Part shown: piece by piece, positions 33,939 through 45,859 of the stretch
Position numbering within the stretch: the first letter of the stretch is position 1
How the letters are laid out: each line of letters opens with the position of its first letter
From: Macrostomum lignano
Lineage: Eukaryota
DNA: 64,000 bases
Direction: 5' to 3'
Assembly (NCBI GenBank): GCA_002269645.1
Contig: NIVC01003873.1
Location: 8,747 to 72,746, forward strand
Program-made: the position numbers and the translations under genes
The notes under the pieces: model-generated
Seen by the model: only the letters and a program-made list of their open reading frames with translations
The model's database searches: none
Told to the model about the DNA's origin: nothing

Positions 33939-36900
33939 ATGCGTTGGCAAGTCTTTTTATTCTTAGTTTCAATTGCTCCTATCGTTTCTCCACTGAGACA
34001 TAATCCAGTGGATTTTACTGAAGGTAAGTTTGCAATTTGTCAGTGCGAAACTCTCGGGTGCGGTGAGATCGTGCTTAGATTGAAGAACCTACATTCTGAT
34101 TTGAGATTCATATGGTAGCTTGGAGAGTCAGATGGTAGCTTCGAGAGTCAGATGGTATAGCTTGAATCGGGCGAGTCAGATGTTAGCTTGGAGAGTCAGA
34201 AGGTAGCTTAAAATGGGAGAGTCAGATGATAGCCTGGGATAGTCAGATGGTAGCTTGAAATGGGAGAGTCAGATGGTAGCTTGAAATGGGAGAGTCAGAT
34301 GGTAGCTTGAAATGGGAGAGTCAGATGATAGCTTGAAATGGGAGAGTCAGATGATAGCTTGAAATGGGAGAGTCAGATGGTAGCTTGAAATGGGAGAGTC
34401 AGATGATAGCTTGAAATGGGAGAGTCAGATGGTAGCTTGAAATGGGAGAGTCAGATGATAGATTGGGAGAGTCAGATGGTAGCTTGGAGAGTCAGATTGT
34501 AGCTTGAGAGAATCAGACGGTAGCTTGGGAGAGTCAGACGGTAGCTTGGGAGAGTCAGATGATTGATTGGGAGAGTCATATGGTAGCTTGGGAGGGTCAG
34601 ATGGTAGCTTGGGAGAGTCAGATGGTAGCTTGGGAGAGTCAGATGATTGATTGGGAGAGTCATATGGTAGCTTGGGAGGGTCAGATGGTAGCTTGGGAGA
34701 GTCAGATTGTAGCTTGGGAGAATCAGACGGTAGCTTGGGAGAGTCAGACGGTAGCTTGTGAGAGTCAGACGGTAGCTTGTGAGAGTCAGATGGTAGCTTG
34801 GGAGAGTCAGATGGTAGCTTGGGAGAGTCAAATTGTAGCTTGGGAGAGTCAGACGGTAGCTTGGGATAGTCAGACGGTTAGCTTGGGAGAGTCAGATGGT
34901 AGCTTGGGAGAGTCAGATGGTAGCTTGGGAGAGTCAGATGGTAGCTTGGGAGAGTCAGATTGTAGCTTGGGAGAGTCAGATGGTAGCTTGAAATGGGAGA
35001 GTCAGATGGTAGCTTGGGAGAGTCAGATGGTAGCTTGGGAGAGTCAGATGGTAGCTTGGGAGAGTCAGATGGTAGCTTGGGAGAGTCAGATGGTAGCTTG
35101 CGATAGTCAGATGGTAGCTTGGGAGAGTCAGATGGTAGCTTGGGAGAGTCAGATGGTAGCTTGGGAGAATCAGATGGTATGCCTACTTGGCTTCTTTTGG
35201 TAAATCTCAGGTGGAAAATGAAAAAAAATTGCTGTGCAGAAAATGAAAATGGCACAATTTTGATTGACAGCCCAGAGCAGGTGGTGAATCTGTTCCCACT
35301 TCCAGATCGCCTGTACATCACTCCGAACAGCATCGCTGACTGCTGGCAGTCATCCAGCTACAGCCAATCGGTTCGCGCTGAATCGACCTGTTTTAAAAAC
35401 TACAGCCAACTGACTGTCCCGATTGGTACAAGCAGTTTTTTCCGGTCCGGAACCGGCGATCATTGGTTTGCAGTTCGATTGCGTCATAGAGAAATTGTGA
35501 CTTCTGTTACCGTGTGGAATAAAGGTAGATTAGCTAACACTGCTTTCAAATAAATATTTAAACTTGGCATAGAAGTTACAGCACTAAATTATTATTATTT
35601 GATGACTAACTAGACCTGGAGGCGCCAAATGGTAGATTGAGGCGCCAAATTATAGATTGAGGCACTAAATGGTAGATTGGGCGCCAAATAGTAGATTTGG
35701 GCGCCAAATGGTAGATTGAGACGTCAAAGGGTAGATTGGGCGCCAAATAGTAGATTTGGGCGCCAAATGGTAGATTGAGGCGCTAAATGGTAGATTGACG
35801 CGTCAAATAGTAGATTGAGGCGCTAAATGGTAGATTGAGGCGCTAAATGGTAGATTGAGGCGCTAAATGATAGATTGAGGCGCTAAATGGTAGATTTGGG
35901 CGCTAAATGGTAGATTGACGCGTCAAATAGTAGATTGAGGCGCTAAATGGTAGATTGACGCGTCAAATAGTAGATTGAGGCGCTAAATGGTAGATTGAGG
36001 CGCTAAATGGTAGATTGAGGCGCTAAATGATAGATTGAGGCGCTAAATGGTAGATTTGGGCACTAAATGGTAGATTGACGCGTCAAATAGTAGATTGAGG
36101 CGCTAAATGGTAGATTGAGGCGCTAAATGGTAGATTGAGGCGCTAAATGGTAGATTGAGGCGTCAAAGGGTAGATTGAGGTGCCAAATGGTAAATTAAGG
36201 CGCCAAATGGTAGATTGACGCGTCAAATAGTAGATTTGGGCGCCAATTGGTAGATTGAGGCGTCAAAGGGTAGATTGGGCGCCAAATAGTAGATTTGGGC
36301 GCCAAATGGTAGATTGAGGCGCTAAATGGTAGATTGAGGCGTCAAATAGTAGATTGAGGCGCTAAATGATAGATTGAGGCGCTAAATGGTAGATTGCGGC
36401 GCCAAATGGTAGATTAAGAGGCGCCAACTGGTAGGTCGAGGCGCCAATAGGTAGATTAAGTATTAACTAACTTTTGTTGCAGAAACTTTGAGAAATTCTG
36501 ACCAGCAAGCAAATTTGCTGACCCAATCGGACAACATCGAAGTCTGGCTTTCGTCTCAATTATTCGACTTTGGTTCTGAGCACTGCTTTGCAGGAGATCT
36601 GCCCCTTGCCATAGAGACTCCCACATGGCACCATTGCGGCGTCACTAATCTCACTGCAACCACCGTTTCTTGCCACAATTATCAGGTGAGCGACAGTTAA
36701 TTACTTTTTAAAGTACACGTTGAACTTTTATGTCTAACTAAAGTTCTCGCACTTTCGCAGGCTGTCATGATGCTGCTAAGAAAGCGAGTGATTGACGAGT
36801 CCCAAGCGTTAAGGCAAGCCATGAGTTTCACCAACCTGTGGCTGCACAGAATCGATCCTGCCAGTGAGATTAATTGCTAGTTGCTATGGCTTTTGAGTAG

Positions 36901-39900
36901 TTTTTAGTATTGTGTGCCTGTTTAAATCTATCCATCGATCTCTACCTTCTCTCTCCCCTGTCTCCTTTCCCCACTCTCACTCTCAACCTTCTCCCTCTCT
37001 CCCCTGTCTCCTTTCCCCACTCTCCCTCTCTACCTCCTCCCTCACCTGTCTCCTTTCCCCACTCTCCCTCTCTACCTCCTCCCTCACCTGTCTCCTTTCC
37101 CCACTCTCCCTCTCTACCTCCTCCCTCAACTGTCTCCTTTCCCCACTCTCCCTCTCTACCTCCTCCCTCACCTGTCTCCTTTCCCCACTCTCCCTCTCTA
37201 CCTCCTCCCTCACCTGTCTCCTTTCCCCACTCTCCCTCTCTACCTCCTCCCTCACCTGTCTCCTTTCCCCACTCTCCCTCTCTACCTCCTCCCTCACCTG
37301 TCTCCTTTCCCCACTCTCCCTCTCTACCTCCTCCCTCACCTGTCTCCTTTCCCCACTCTCCCTCTCAACCTCCTCTCTCCCCTGTCTCCTTTCCCCACTC
37401 TCCCTCCCTACCTCCTCCCTCACCTGTCTCCTTTCCCCACTCTCCCTCTCAACCTCCTCCCTCACCTGTCTCCTTTCCCCACTCTCCCTCTCTACCTCCT
37501 CCCTCACCTGTCTCCTTTCCCCACTCACCCTCTCAACCTCCTCCCTCAACTGTCTCCTTTCCCCACTCTCCCTCCCTACCTCCTCCCTCACCTGTCTCCT
37601 TTCCCCACTCTCCCTCTCTACCTCCTCCCTCAACTGTCTCCTTTCCCCACTCTCCCTCTCAACCTCCTCCCTCACCTGTCTCCTTTCCCCACTCTCCCTC
37701 TCAACCTCCTCCCTCAACTGTCTCCTTTCCCCACTCTCCCTCTCTACCTCCTCCCTCAACTGTCTCATTTCCCCACTCTCCCTCTCTACCTCCTCCCTCA
37801 CCTGTCTCCTTTCCCCACTCTCCCTCTCAACCTCCTCCCTCAACTGTCTCCTTTCCCCACTCTCCCTCTCAACCTCCTCCCTCACCTGTCTCCTTTCCCC
37901 ACTCTCCCTCTCTACCTCCTCCCTCACCTTTCTCCTTTCCCCACTCTCCCTCTCAACCTCCTCCCTCACCTGTCTCCTTTCCCCACTCTCCCTCTCTACC
38001 TCCTCCCTCACCTGTCTCCTTTCCCCACTCTCCCTCTCAACCTCCTCCCTCACCTGTCTCCTTTCCCCACTCTCCCTCTCTACCTCCTCCCTCACCTGTC
38101 TCCTTTCCCCACTCTCCCTCTCTACCTCCTCCCTCACCTGTCTCCTTTCCCCACTCTCCCTCTCAACCTCCTCTCTCCCCTGTCTCCTTTCCCCACTCTC
38201 CCTCCCTACCTCCTCCCTCACCTGTCTCCTTTCCCCACTCTCCCTCTCAACCTCCTCCCTCACCTGTCTCCTTTCCCCACTCTCCCTCTCTACCTCCTCC
38301 CTCACCTGTCTCCTTTCCCCACTCACCCTCTCAACCTCCTCCCTCAACTGTCTCCTTTCCCCACTCTCCCTCCCTACCTCCTCCCTCACCTGTCTCCTTT
38401 CCCCACTCTCCCTCTCTACCTCCTCCCTCACCTGTCTCCTTTCCCCACTCTCCCTCTCTACCTCCTCCCTCACCTGTCTCCTTTCCCCACTCTCCCTCTC
38501 TACCTCCTCCCTCACCTGTCTCCTTTCCCCACTCTCCCTCTCAACCTCCTCCCTCAACTGTCTCCTTTCCCCACTCTCCCTCTCTACCTCCTCCCTCACC
38601 TGTCTCCTTTCCCCACTCTCCCTCTCAACCTCCTCCCTCAACTGTCTCCTTTCCCCACTCTCCCTCTCTACCTCCTCCCTCAACTGTCTCCTTTCCCCAC
38701 TCTCCCTCTCTACCTCCTCCCTCACCTGTCTCCTTTCCCCACTCTCCCTCTCTACCTCCTCCCTCAACTGTCTCCTTTCCCCACTCTCCCTCTCTAACTC
38801 CTCCCTCAACTGTCTCCTTTCCCCACTCTCCCTCTCAACCTTCTCCCTCACCTGTCTCCTTTCCCCACTCTCCCTCTCTACCTCCTCCCTCACCTGTCTC
38901 CTTTCCCCACTCTCCCTCTCAACCTTCTCCCTCACCTGTCTCCTTTCCCCACTCTCCCTCTCAACCTTCTCCCTCACCTGTCTCCTTTCCCCACTCTCCC
39001 TCTCTACCTCCTCCCTCACCTGTCTCCTTTCCCCACTCTCCCTCTCTACCTCCTCCCTCACCTGTCTCCTTTCCCCACTCTCCCTCTCTACCTCCTCCCT
39101 CACCTGTCTCCTTTCCCCACTCTCCCTCTCTACCTCCTCCCTCACCTGTCTCCTTTCCCCACTCTCCCTCTCAACCTCCTCCCTCACCTGTCTCCTTTCC
39201 CCACTCTCCCTCTCAACCTCCTCCCTCAACTGTCTCCTTTCCCCACTCTCCCTCTCTACCTCCTCCCTCAACTGTCTCCTTTCCCCACTCTCCCTCTCTA
39301 CCTCCTCCCTCAACTGTCTCATTTCCCCACTCTCCCTCTCTACCTCCTCCCTCACCTGTCTCCTTTCCCCACTCTCCCTCTCAACCTCCTCCCTCAACTG
39401 TCTCCTTTCCCCACTCTCCCTCTCAACCTCCTCCCTCACCTGTCTCCTTTCCCCACTCTCCCTCTCAACCTCCTCCCTCAACTGTCTCCTTTCCCCACTC
39501 CCCCTCTCAACCTCCTCCCTCAACTGTCTCCTTTCCCCACTCTCCCTCTCAACCTCCTCCCTCAACTGTCTCCTTTCCCCACTCTCCCTCTCAACCTCCT
39601 CCCTCACCTGTCTCCTTTCCCCACTCTCCCTCTCTACCTCCTCCCTCGCCTGTCTCCTTTCCCCACTCTCCCTCTCTACCTCCTCCCTCACCTGTCTCTT
39701 TTCCCCACTCTCCCTCTCTACCTCCTCCCTCAACTGTCTCCTTTCCCCACTCTCCCTCTCGACCTTCTCCCTCACCTGTCTCCTTTCCGCTTCCTTTCAC
39801 CCCTTTTTTACCTCTCCTCTCTCTACCTCTCGCCTCTGTCCATCGCCTTCTATCTTTCTCAGTTTCAAAAAGCATGTTGCTTTGCACTATCAGATCCTCC

Positions 39901-40923
39901 AATAAGGCTTTACCAACCAAAAGACGAATTATCAGCAAACTGCGACAGCTCAGCTCAAGAAAACAAATTGCGGTTCCATCTTGAGTATCCGCGAATCCAT
40001 CGTGGCCAAATTGAACGAACTTGCGCGGCTGCGAGCTCTACCGATTTGAAATCTCAGTTGCAGCTGAAATTGGAATCCAGTACAATCTTGAACGGGAGCA
40101 TGTACTTAGAGCAGTTGTCATGTATTAATTGTCCATTAATTGTACATCACCTGGAGTGCAGCATTGTCCAGAGAAATTTTACCGGTGACGAAATTTGGAG
40201 AGTAACTAAGAGTTTAAATAATATTGTTAGGAAATGCAGCTCAGGTAAGTAGTGGTCTGTTTTATTGAGAACCCCTATATTAAATGTATTGTTTATCGAA
40301 CTCATTCAGAGCGTCTTTGGAAGTTAAATTAACATCAAAGAGAAACTTTAATTAGCTACCTGTAACTGCAAATTGACGTCACGGAAATGCTTCTTCAAAA
40401 GTATACTTAAAAACACTTGTAGAGTAGCTACACCTCAAAAAATTACCTAAAAGTACACTTACAAACACTTACTTAAAAGTACACTTAATGTACATGTACA
40501 TCACGCCATCACTTAATTAAATGTGCACTTTCAAGCTTATTTAAAGTACAACTTAATTAAATTTGAATTTTTTGTTAATTATTTGCAGACTCGCATTCAG
40601 TCAGCGTAAAGAAAATTTTGCTAATTGGTCTTGGCTCAACTTCCGGATTAATTGTTATTTTAATTACGACTTATTTCATTGTGGTGCTCGTTCGTAAGAA
40701 GGTAAATATTTGACCTTTATTGTTACTTGAACATTACATACATGTATATATGTATTGCTAGAACAGAAGACTTCATTTCTTTCGAACAAATATTTCTGTC
40801 GTATTTTAGAACGAGTACCCGAGCGATTCGACTGCCATCGAAAATAACAAAGCTCAATTACCGTCTAAAACAGACCGACCGATCAGTTCCTCGCGCAGAC
40901 CCAGAAGTTTCTACGTGTTTTGA
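33939..40923 (+). CDS. Type I membrane protein with F-type-lectin/galactose-binding-like ectodomain, 7 exons, ~417 aa
   Basis: Exons 33939-34023, 35240-35524, 36483-36685, 36761-36863, 39894-40244, 40589-40701, 40810-40923 (phase-consistent, 1254 nt; acceptors of exons 2 and 5 were chosen for phase). Signal peptide MRWQVFLFLVSIAPIVSP; CWQSSSY...HWFAVRL..EIVTSVTVWN; TM ILLIGLGSTSGLIVILITTYFIVVLV-RKK. Confidence 0.75.
34120..35177. repeat. 21-bp (and 26-bp variant) intronic minisatellite
   Basis: Unit gggagagtcagatggtagctt. Confidence 0.97.
35615..36455. repeat. 20-bp intronic minisatellite
   Basis: Unit aaatggtagattgaggcgct. Confidence 0.96.
36945..39790. repeat. 42-bp C/T-rich intronic minisatellite, ~67 copies
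   Basis: Unit cctgtctcctttccccactctccctctctacctcctccctca. Confidence 0.98.
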
Positions 40924-41236
40924 CGGGCGTAAAAATCCCCATAGACACTATTTTTTGACGTGTAAAACTTTTGCAAAAGACTGTAAAGCACACATTTTTA
41001 AAACTCTGTGTGTTATTTTTTCATTATTTTTATTCATTGCAACTTATTGCAGACTACATATGCATTGGGTGAATGTTTATCCTGTTTTTATTCAGTGCTA
41101 CTGTACAATAATTTATCCACAGTAGATAAATATGTAGTTAACAATAATTCTTTTTAAATTATTCAGTTGATAAAAATGTTGCTATTTGTTTTTTAAAATT
41201 CTTTTTTATTAATAATAACCCAGTTAAGTAGTTACT

Positions 41237-41995
41237 GAGGATCTGGGAGGCTGGCCCAGCAACTGAGGATCTGGGAGGCTGGCCCAGCAACTGAGGATCT
41301 GGGAGGCTGGCCCAGCAACTGACACTCTGGGAGGCTGGCCCAGCAACTGACACTCTGGGAGGCTGGCCCAGTAACTGAGGATCTAGGCTGGCCCAGCAAC
41401 TGACACTCTGGGAGGCTGGCCCAGCAACTGACACTCTGGGAGGCTGGCCCAGCAACTGACACTCTGGGAGACTGGCCCAGCAACTGACGATCTGGGAGGC
41501 TGGCCCAGCGACTGAGGATCTAGGCTGGCCCAGCAACTGACACTCTGGGAGGCTGGCCCAGCAACTGACGATCTGGGAGGCTGGCCCAGCGACTGAGGAT
41601 CTAGGCTGGCCCAGCAACTGACACTCTGGGAGGCTGGCCCAGCAACTGAGGATCTGGGAGGCTGGCCCAGCAACTGACACTCTGGGAGGCTGGCCCAGCA
41701 ACTGACACTCTGGGAGGCTGGCCCAGCAACTGGGGATCTGGGAGGCTGGCCCAGCAACTGGGGATCTGGGAGGCTGGCCCAGCAACTGACACTCTGGGAG
41801 GCTGGCCCAGCAACTGACGATCTGGGAGGCTGGCCCAGCGACTGAGGATCTAGGCTGGCCCAGCAACTGACACTCTGGGAGGCTGGCCCAGCAACTGACA
41901 CTCTGGGAGGCTGGCCCAGCAACTGGGGATTTGAGAGGCTGGCCCAGCAACCGAGGATCTGGAAGTCTGGCCCAGCAACTGGGGATTTGAGAGGC
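41237..41995. repeat. 25-28-bp minisatellite
   Basis: Unit ctggcccagcaactgacactctgggagg and variants. Confidence 0.96.
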
Positions 41996-42569
41996 AGGCA
42001 TTTTATCCTGAAATGTAAAAAAGGACAATACGCTCGTAAAACTCCTAGTTTACTACTGCTGATATATGATACAATTCAAGTAGACACGGAGATCCCATCG
42101 GCAATCCGCAACAGCTCAGTCAGTCTGCACATGTATTTTCCTTCGAGGTAAGAAACGAGCAAACGGGAAGACGCATGCAAGAACGACGTCCAGCGCTATG
42201 AACAAAACAACAAAACAATGAACTCAGAAACTGCCTGCTGATGAAGACGAGAGCTGTACAACTGCATGCAAGGGTCTCTTTGTACTTGTATGGCGGCGCT
42301 ATCACAAGATTACTGATAGAAGTAGTACAGTAAGTAAATATGTATTTTAATATTATTTTGGAAGTAGTCAGTCAAAGAAACAGAAGCTAACTTTATAAAA
42401 TTCTGGGTGGATTGAAGTTTCAGGAAGAATTTTCGGACATTGAGGCTATAGGCTCGGTTTCAACCTTTAATCTTTAATCTTCTGTGTCGTCAGCTTCCAA
42501 GCTGAAATTAATTTACGGGATTTTGACAAATTCTTGGTAAAATAAATTGTAGAGAAACTTTGTGAATCA

Positions 42570-43500
42570 CATTGAGATGGTGTGAATCACATTGAGATGG
42601 TGTGAATCACATTGAGATTGTGTGAATCACATTGAGATTGTGTGAATCACATTGAGATTGTGTGAATCACATTGAGATTGTGTGAATCGCATTGAGATTG
42701 TGTGAATCACATTGAGATTGTGTGAATCACATTGAGATTGTGTGAATCGCATTGAGATTGTGTGAATCACATTGAGATTGTGTGAATCACATTGAGATTG
42801 TGTGAATCACATTGAGATTGTGTGAATCGCATTGAGATGGGGTGAATCACATTGAGATTGTGTGAATCACATTGAGATTGTGTGAATCGCATTGAGATGG
42901 GGTGAATCACATTGACATTGTGTGAATTTCATTGAGATTGTGTGAATCACATTGAGATTGTGTGAATCGCATTGAGATGGGGTGAATCACATTCAGATAG
43001 GGTGAATCACATTGAGATGGGGTGAATCACATTGAGATGGGGTGAATCACATCGAGATGGGGTGAATCACATTCAGATGGGGTGAATCACATTCAGATGG
43101 GGTAAATCACATTCAGATAGGGTGAATCACATTCAGATGGGGTGAATCACATTGAGATGGTGTGAATCACATTGAGATTGTGTGAATCACATTGAGATTG
43201 TGTGAATCGCATTGAGATTGTGTGAATCACATTGAGATGGGGTGAATCACATTGAGATGGGGTGAATCACATTGAGATGGGGTGAATCACATTGAGATGG
43301 GGTGAATCACATTGAGATGGGGTGAATCACATTGAGATGGGATCAATTGACATTGAGATAGGGTGAATCACATTGAGATAGGGTGAATCACATTGAGATA
43401 GGGTGAAAGACAGAGAGATGGGGTGAATGACAGAGAGATGGAGTGAATGACAGAGAGATGGGGTGAATGAGAGAGAGATGGGGTGAAGCACATTCAGATG
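42570..43500. repeat. 20-bp minisatellite
   Basis: Unit gtgaatcacattgagattgt, grading to gtgaatcacattgagatggg. Confidence 0.97.
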
Positions 43501-43567
43501 CGGTGAATGGCAGTGGGTTAAACTGAATGACAGCAGTTACTCACATTCGATAAGCATCCAGATGAGC

Positions 43568-44455
43568 TCAGCTGGTCATCTTGTCAGTGAGGGAGTTCCC
43601 AGCGGTCTCCAGGCACCAGCTGCAGGCCCGCAGTTCAGCCAGACAGGCAGTCCGCTCCGCCAGGCCCAGCCTGAACAGTTGCTCAACTTTCAGAAATTGA
43701 ACAGCCAGTCGGGTGTCGCCGCTGTTCAGCCCTAGGGCCAGGCAGCACTCGTCCTCGGTGACCCCCGGAACTGAATCTTGAACCTGACGCACCTGGCTTT
43801 GCTGCCATTGATGAGGCAGCAACGCGGAAGCAGCCGACGATGCTATAGCAGATCCAGGCGATGAAGCTGAGGATGTTGCTCTACGGCACAGCTTCTTCGC
43901 TCGACGGAAGGTGCCGCTGCCGCTGCTGCCGCTGCCGACGCCTGCGCCAGCGACCCCGCTAGACTCAGATCGGCAGACTCTCCTTGGCGGAGGTGCTGGC
44001 GGCCGGACTTCGCCGAAGTTCTCGTACTCGACAATGCCGCCAGAAAGTTGATTCCGTCTGGCCTGTCGCTCCGGCAGAACCCAGTAGAAGTCCTTGGTCA
44101 CCTGGCGGCCGTTCTGTAGGATTGGACAGATTCGAGTCCCTGCGGCCGGAGAGGGACTAGCGGGACTCTTGGAGATGGGATCTGGTGTTCCACTGTCTGG
44201 CTGGGGTTGCGGTGCACTAATGGCAACTGCTCTGGCGCTGACGTCTTTGAGGCTGGGCGCGAAAGCCAGGTTCTGACGTCCGCCTGATGTTGTGTCGTTG
44301 ACAGCAGGATCTGCAGCTGCATCGGTTGAAGAGACCGCAGCAACAGAGCGGCTGTCGTTGAGTTCTAACGAGGAGTCTGAGAAGTCTTCGCCTAGGCTTA
44401 AACTGGCTTCATCATCCACGTATTCTGCACCGTTTGAGGACAGCTTGTTTCCCAT
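43568..44455 (-). CDS. ACK/TNK2 C-terminus-like protein (Mig6-homology region plus tandem UBA-like helices); no kinase exons seen
   Basis: [23 protein letters not shown] resembles the ACK1/Mig6 segment [33 protein letters not shown]...[15 protein letters not shown]...C...L....WCLE.AG..L resembles the ACK C-terminal UBA. ATG at 44455 has a good Kozak context and begins MGNKLS. Confidence 0.8.
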   Translation of the reverse strand: [295 protein letters not shown]

Positions 44456-44815
44456 TGTAGGCAAGACAATATCAACTTGAACTGGAGACGCGAATCTGCG
44501 CTTCGGGAAGGAGGCATCTGCAAGTTTGTCGGTTCGAAATTGACTTGGTCAGCTCGGGACTAACAGGTTTGCTAATTTTTATACAACACAGCTGACACAC
44601 GCTTGGGCCGGTCAGACGAAAACTGAACGGTTTCAGCTTTCACGCGGTGCCAACCAAGGACACCTTGAACCAGGATTTGGAGTTTTCAATTCTTATACTT
44701 TCCAACTTTTTTCTAAATGCTTTATTTGCTTTATTCTTTAATCAGCTATCAAAACGTCAAAGTTTTATAGACTTTAATTTCGAAACATCAGAACTTTGAA
44801 GTCACAAGCGCGTAT

Positions 44816-45235
44816 TTAGGCACTGCAGGCACTCATTTTGGCACTGCAGGCACTCATTTTGACACTGCAGGCACTCATTTTGGCACTGCAGGCACTCATT
44901 TTGGCACTGAAGGCACTCATTTTGGCACTACAGGCACTCATTTTGGCACTGCAGGCACTCATTTTGACACTGCAGGCACTCATTTTGGCACTGCAGGCAC
45001 TCATTTTGGCACTGAAGGCACTCATTTTGGCACTGAAGGCACTCATTTTGGCACTGCAGGCACTCATTTTGACACTGCAGGCATTCATTTTGACACTGCA
45101 GGCACTCATTTTGGCACTGCAGGCACTCATTTTGGCACTGCAGGCACTCATTTTGACACTTCAGGCACTCATTTTGACACTTCAGGCACTCATTTTGGCA
45201 CTGCAGGCACTCATTTTGACACTGCAGGCACTCAC
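44816..45235. repeat. 21-bp minisatellite, ~20 copies
   Basis: Unit ggcactgcaggcactcatttt. Confidence 0.97.
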
Positions 45236-45859
45236 TTCGGCGCTGAAGACAATTATTTATAACAAAATTAAAATTCACTGGAAATTGATAATAAATTAAT
45301 TAACTAATCAAGTCTCAAAATCAGGTTTCAGAAAAGAGTTGTCGTGACCAGATGTTCTATTCAAATTCTCCTTGATTAAACGTAGCTAAAAATTAGCATT
45401 TATAATTTAATGAGCCATTGGGGTGCCGCCCACACACGGCACCGCATGCAGTCGACAATTCTCTGATTCAAGCAAGTCATTTCTATATAAAATTAGCAGA
45501 AAAGAGTTAGAACTATTTTGCATGTAACTGTCAATCACCCGCATAGAATTCAATTTAGGACATTTAATAATGCTTCAATTAATAGTGCAAATAGACTTGA
45601 ATATAGAGTTACAAAATCTAAAAGTGCGATTTGGTGGCTATAACTCGCTTCAGTGTACTTTAATAACACTACCCCCGGTGTTACACTAGGGAAGTAGTTT
45701 GCTGTCTGCCTCCTGTCTGCAGTCTGTCATGTCTATGCACAGGCTTAATTTATCATTAAAACACGGGGAGTGCCGCATAAGTACAGTGTAGTTCATTCTC
45801 TAGTTTCACTAATGGGAATCTATATATCTATTTGATGCTGAAGACAGGATGAAGAAACT

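Noticed and set aside
34472-35333. MVAWESQ / LPSYHLT repeat ORFs
   Set aside because: 21-bp intronic minisatellite.
36910-39984. 930-1024-aa Pro/Ser-, Leu/Ser- and Glu/Arg-rich ORFs (extensin- or trichohyalin-like)
   Set aside because: 42-bp intronic minisatellite open in several frames; lies within an intron of the lectin-like gene.
41159-45299. Repeat ORFs at 41.2-42.0 kb and 44.8-45.3 kb (e.g. CQNECLQ, Cys-rich)
   Set aside because: 28-bp and 21-bp minisatellites; no splice or domain support.
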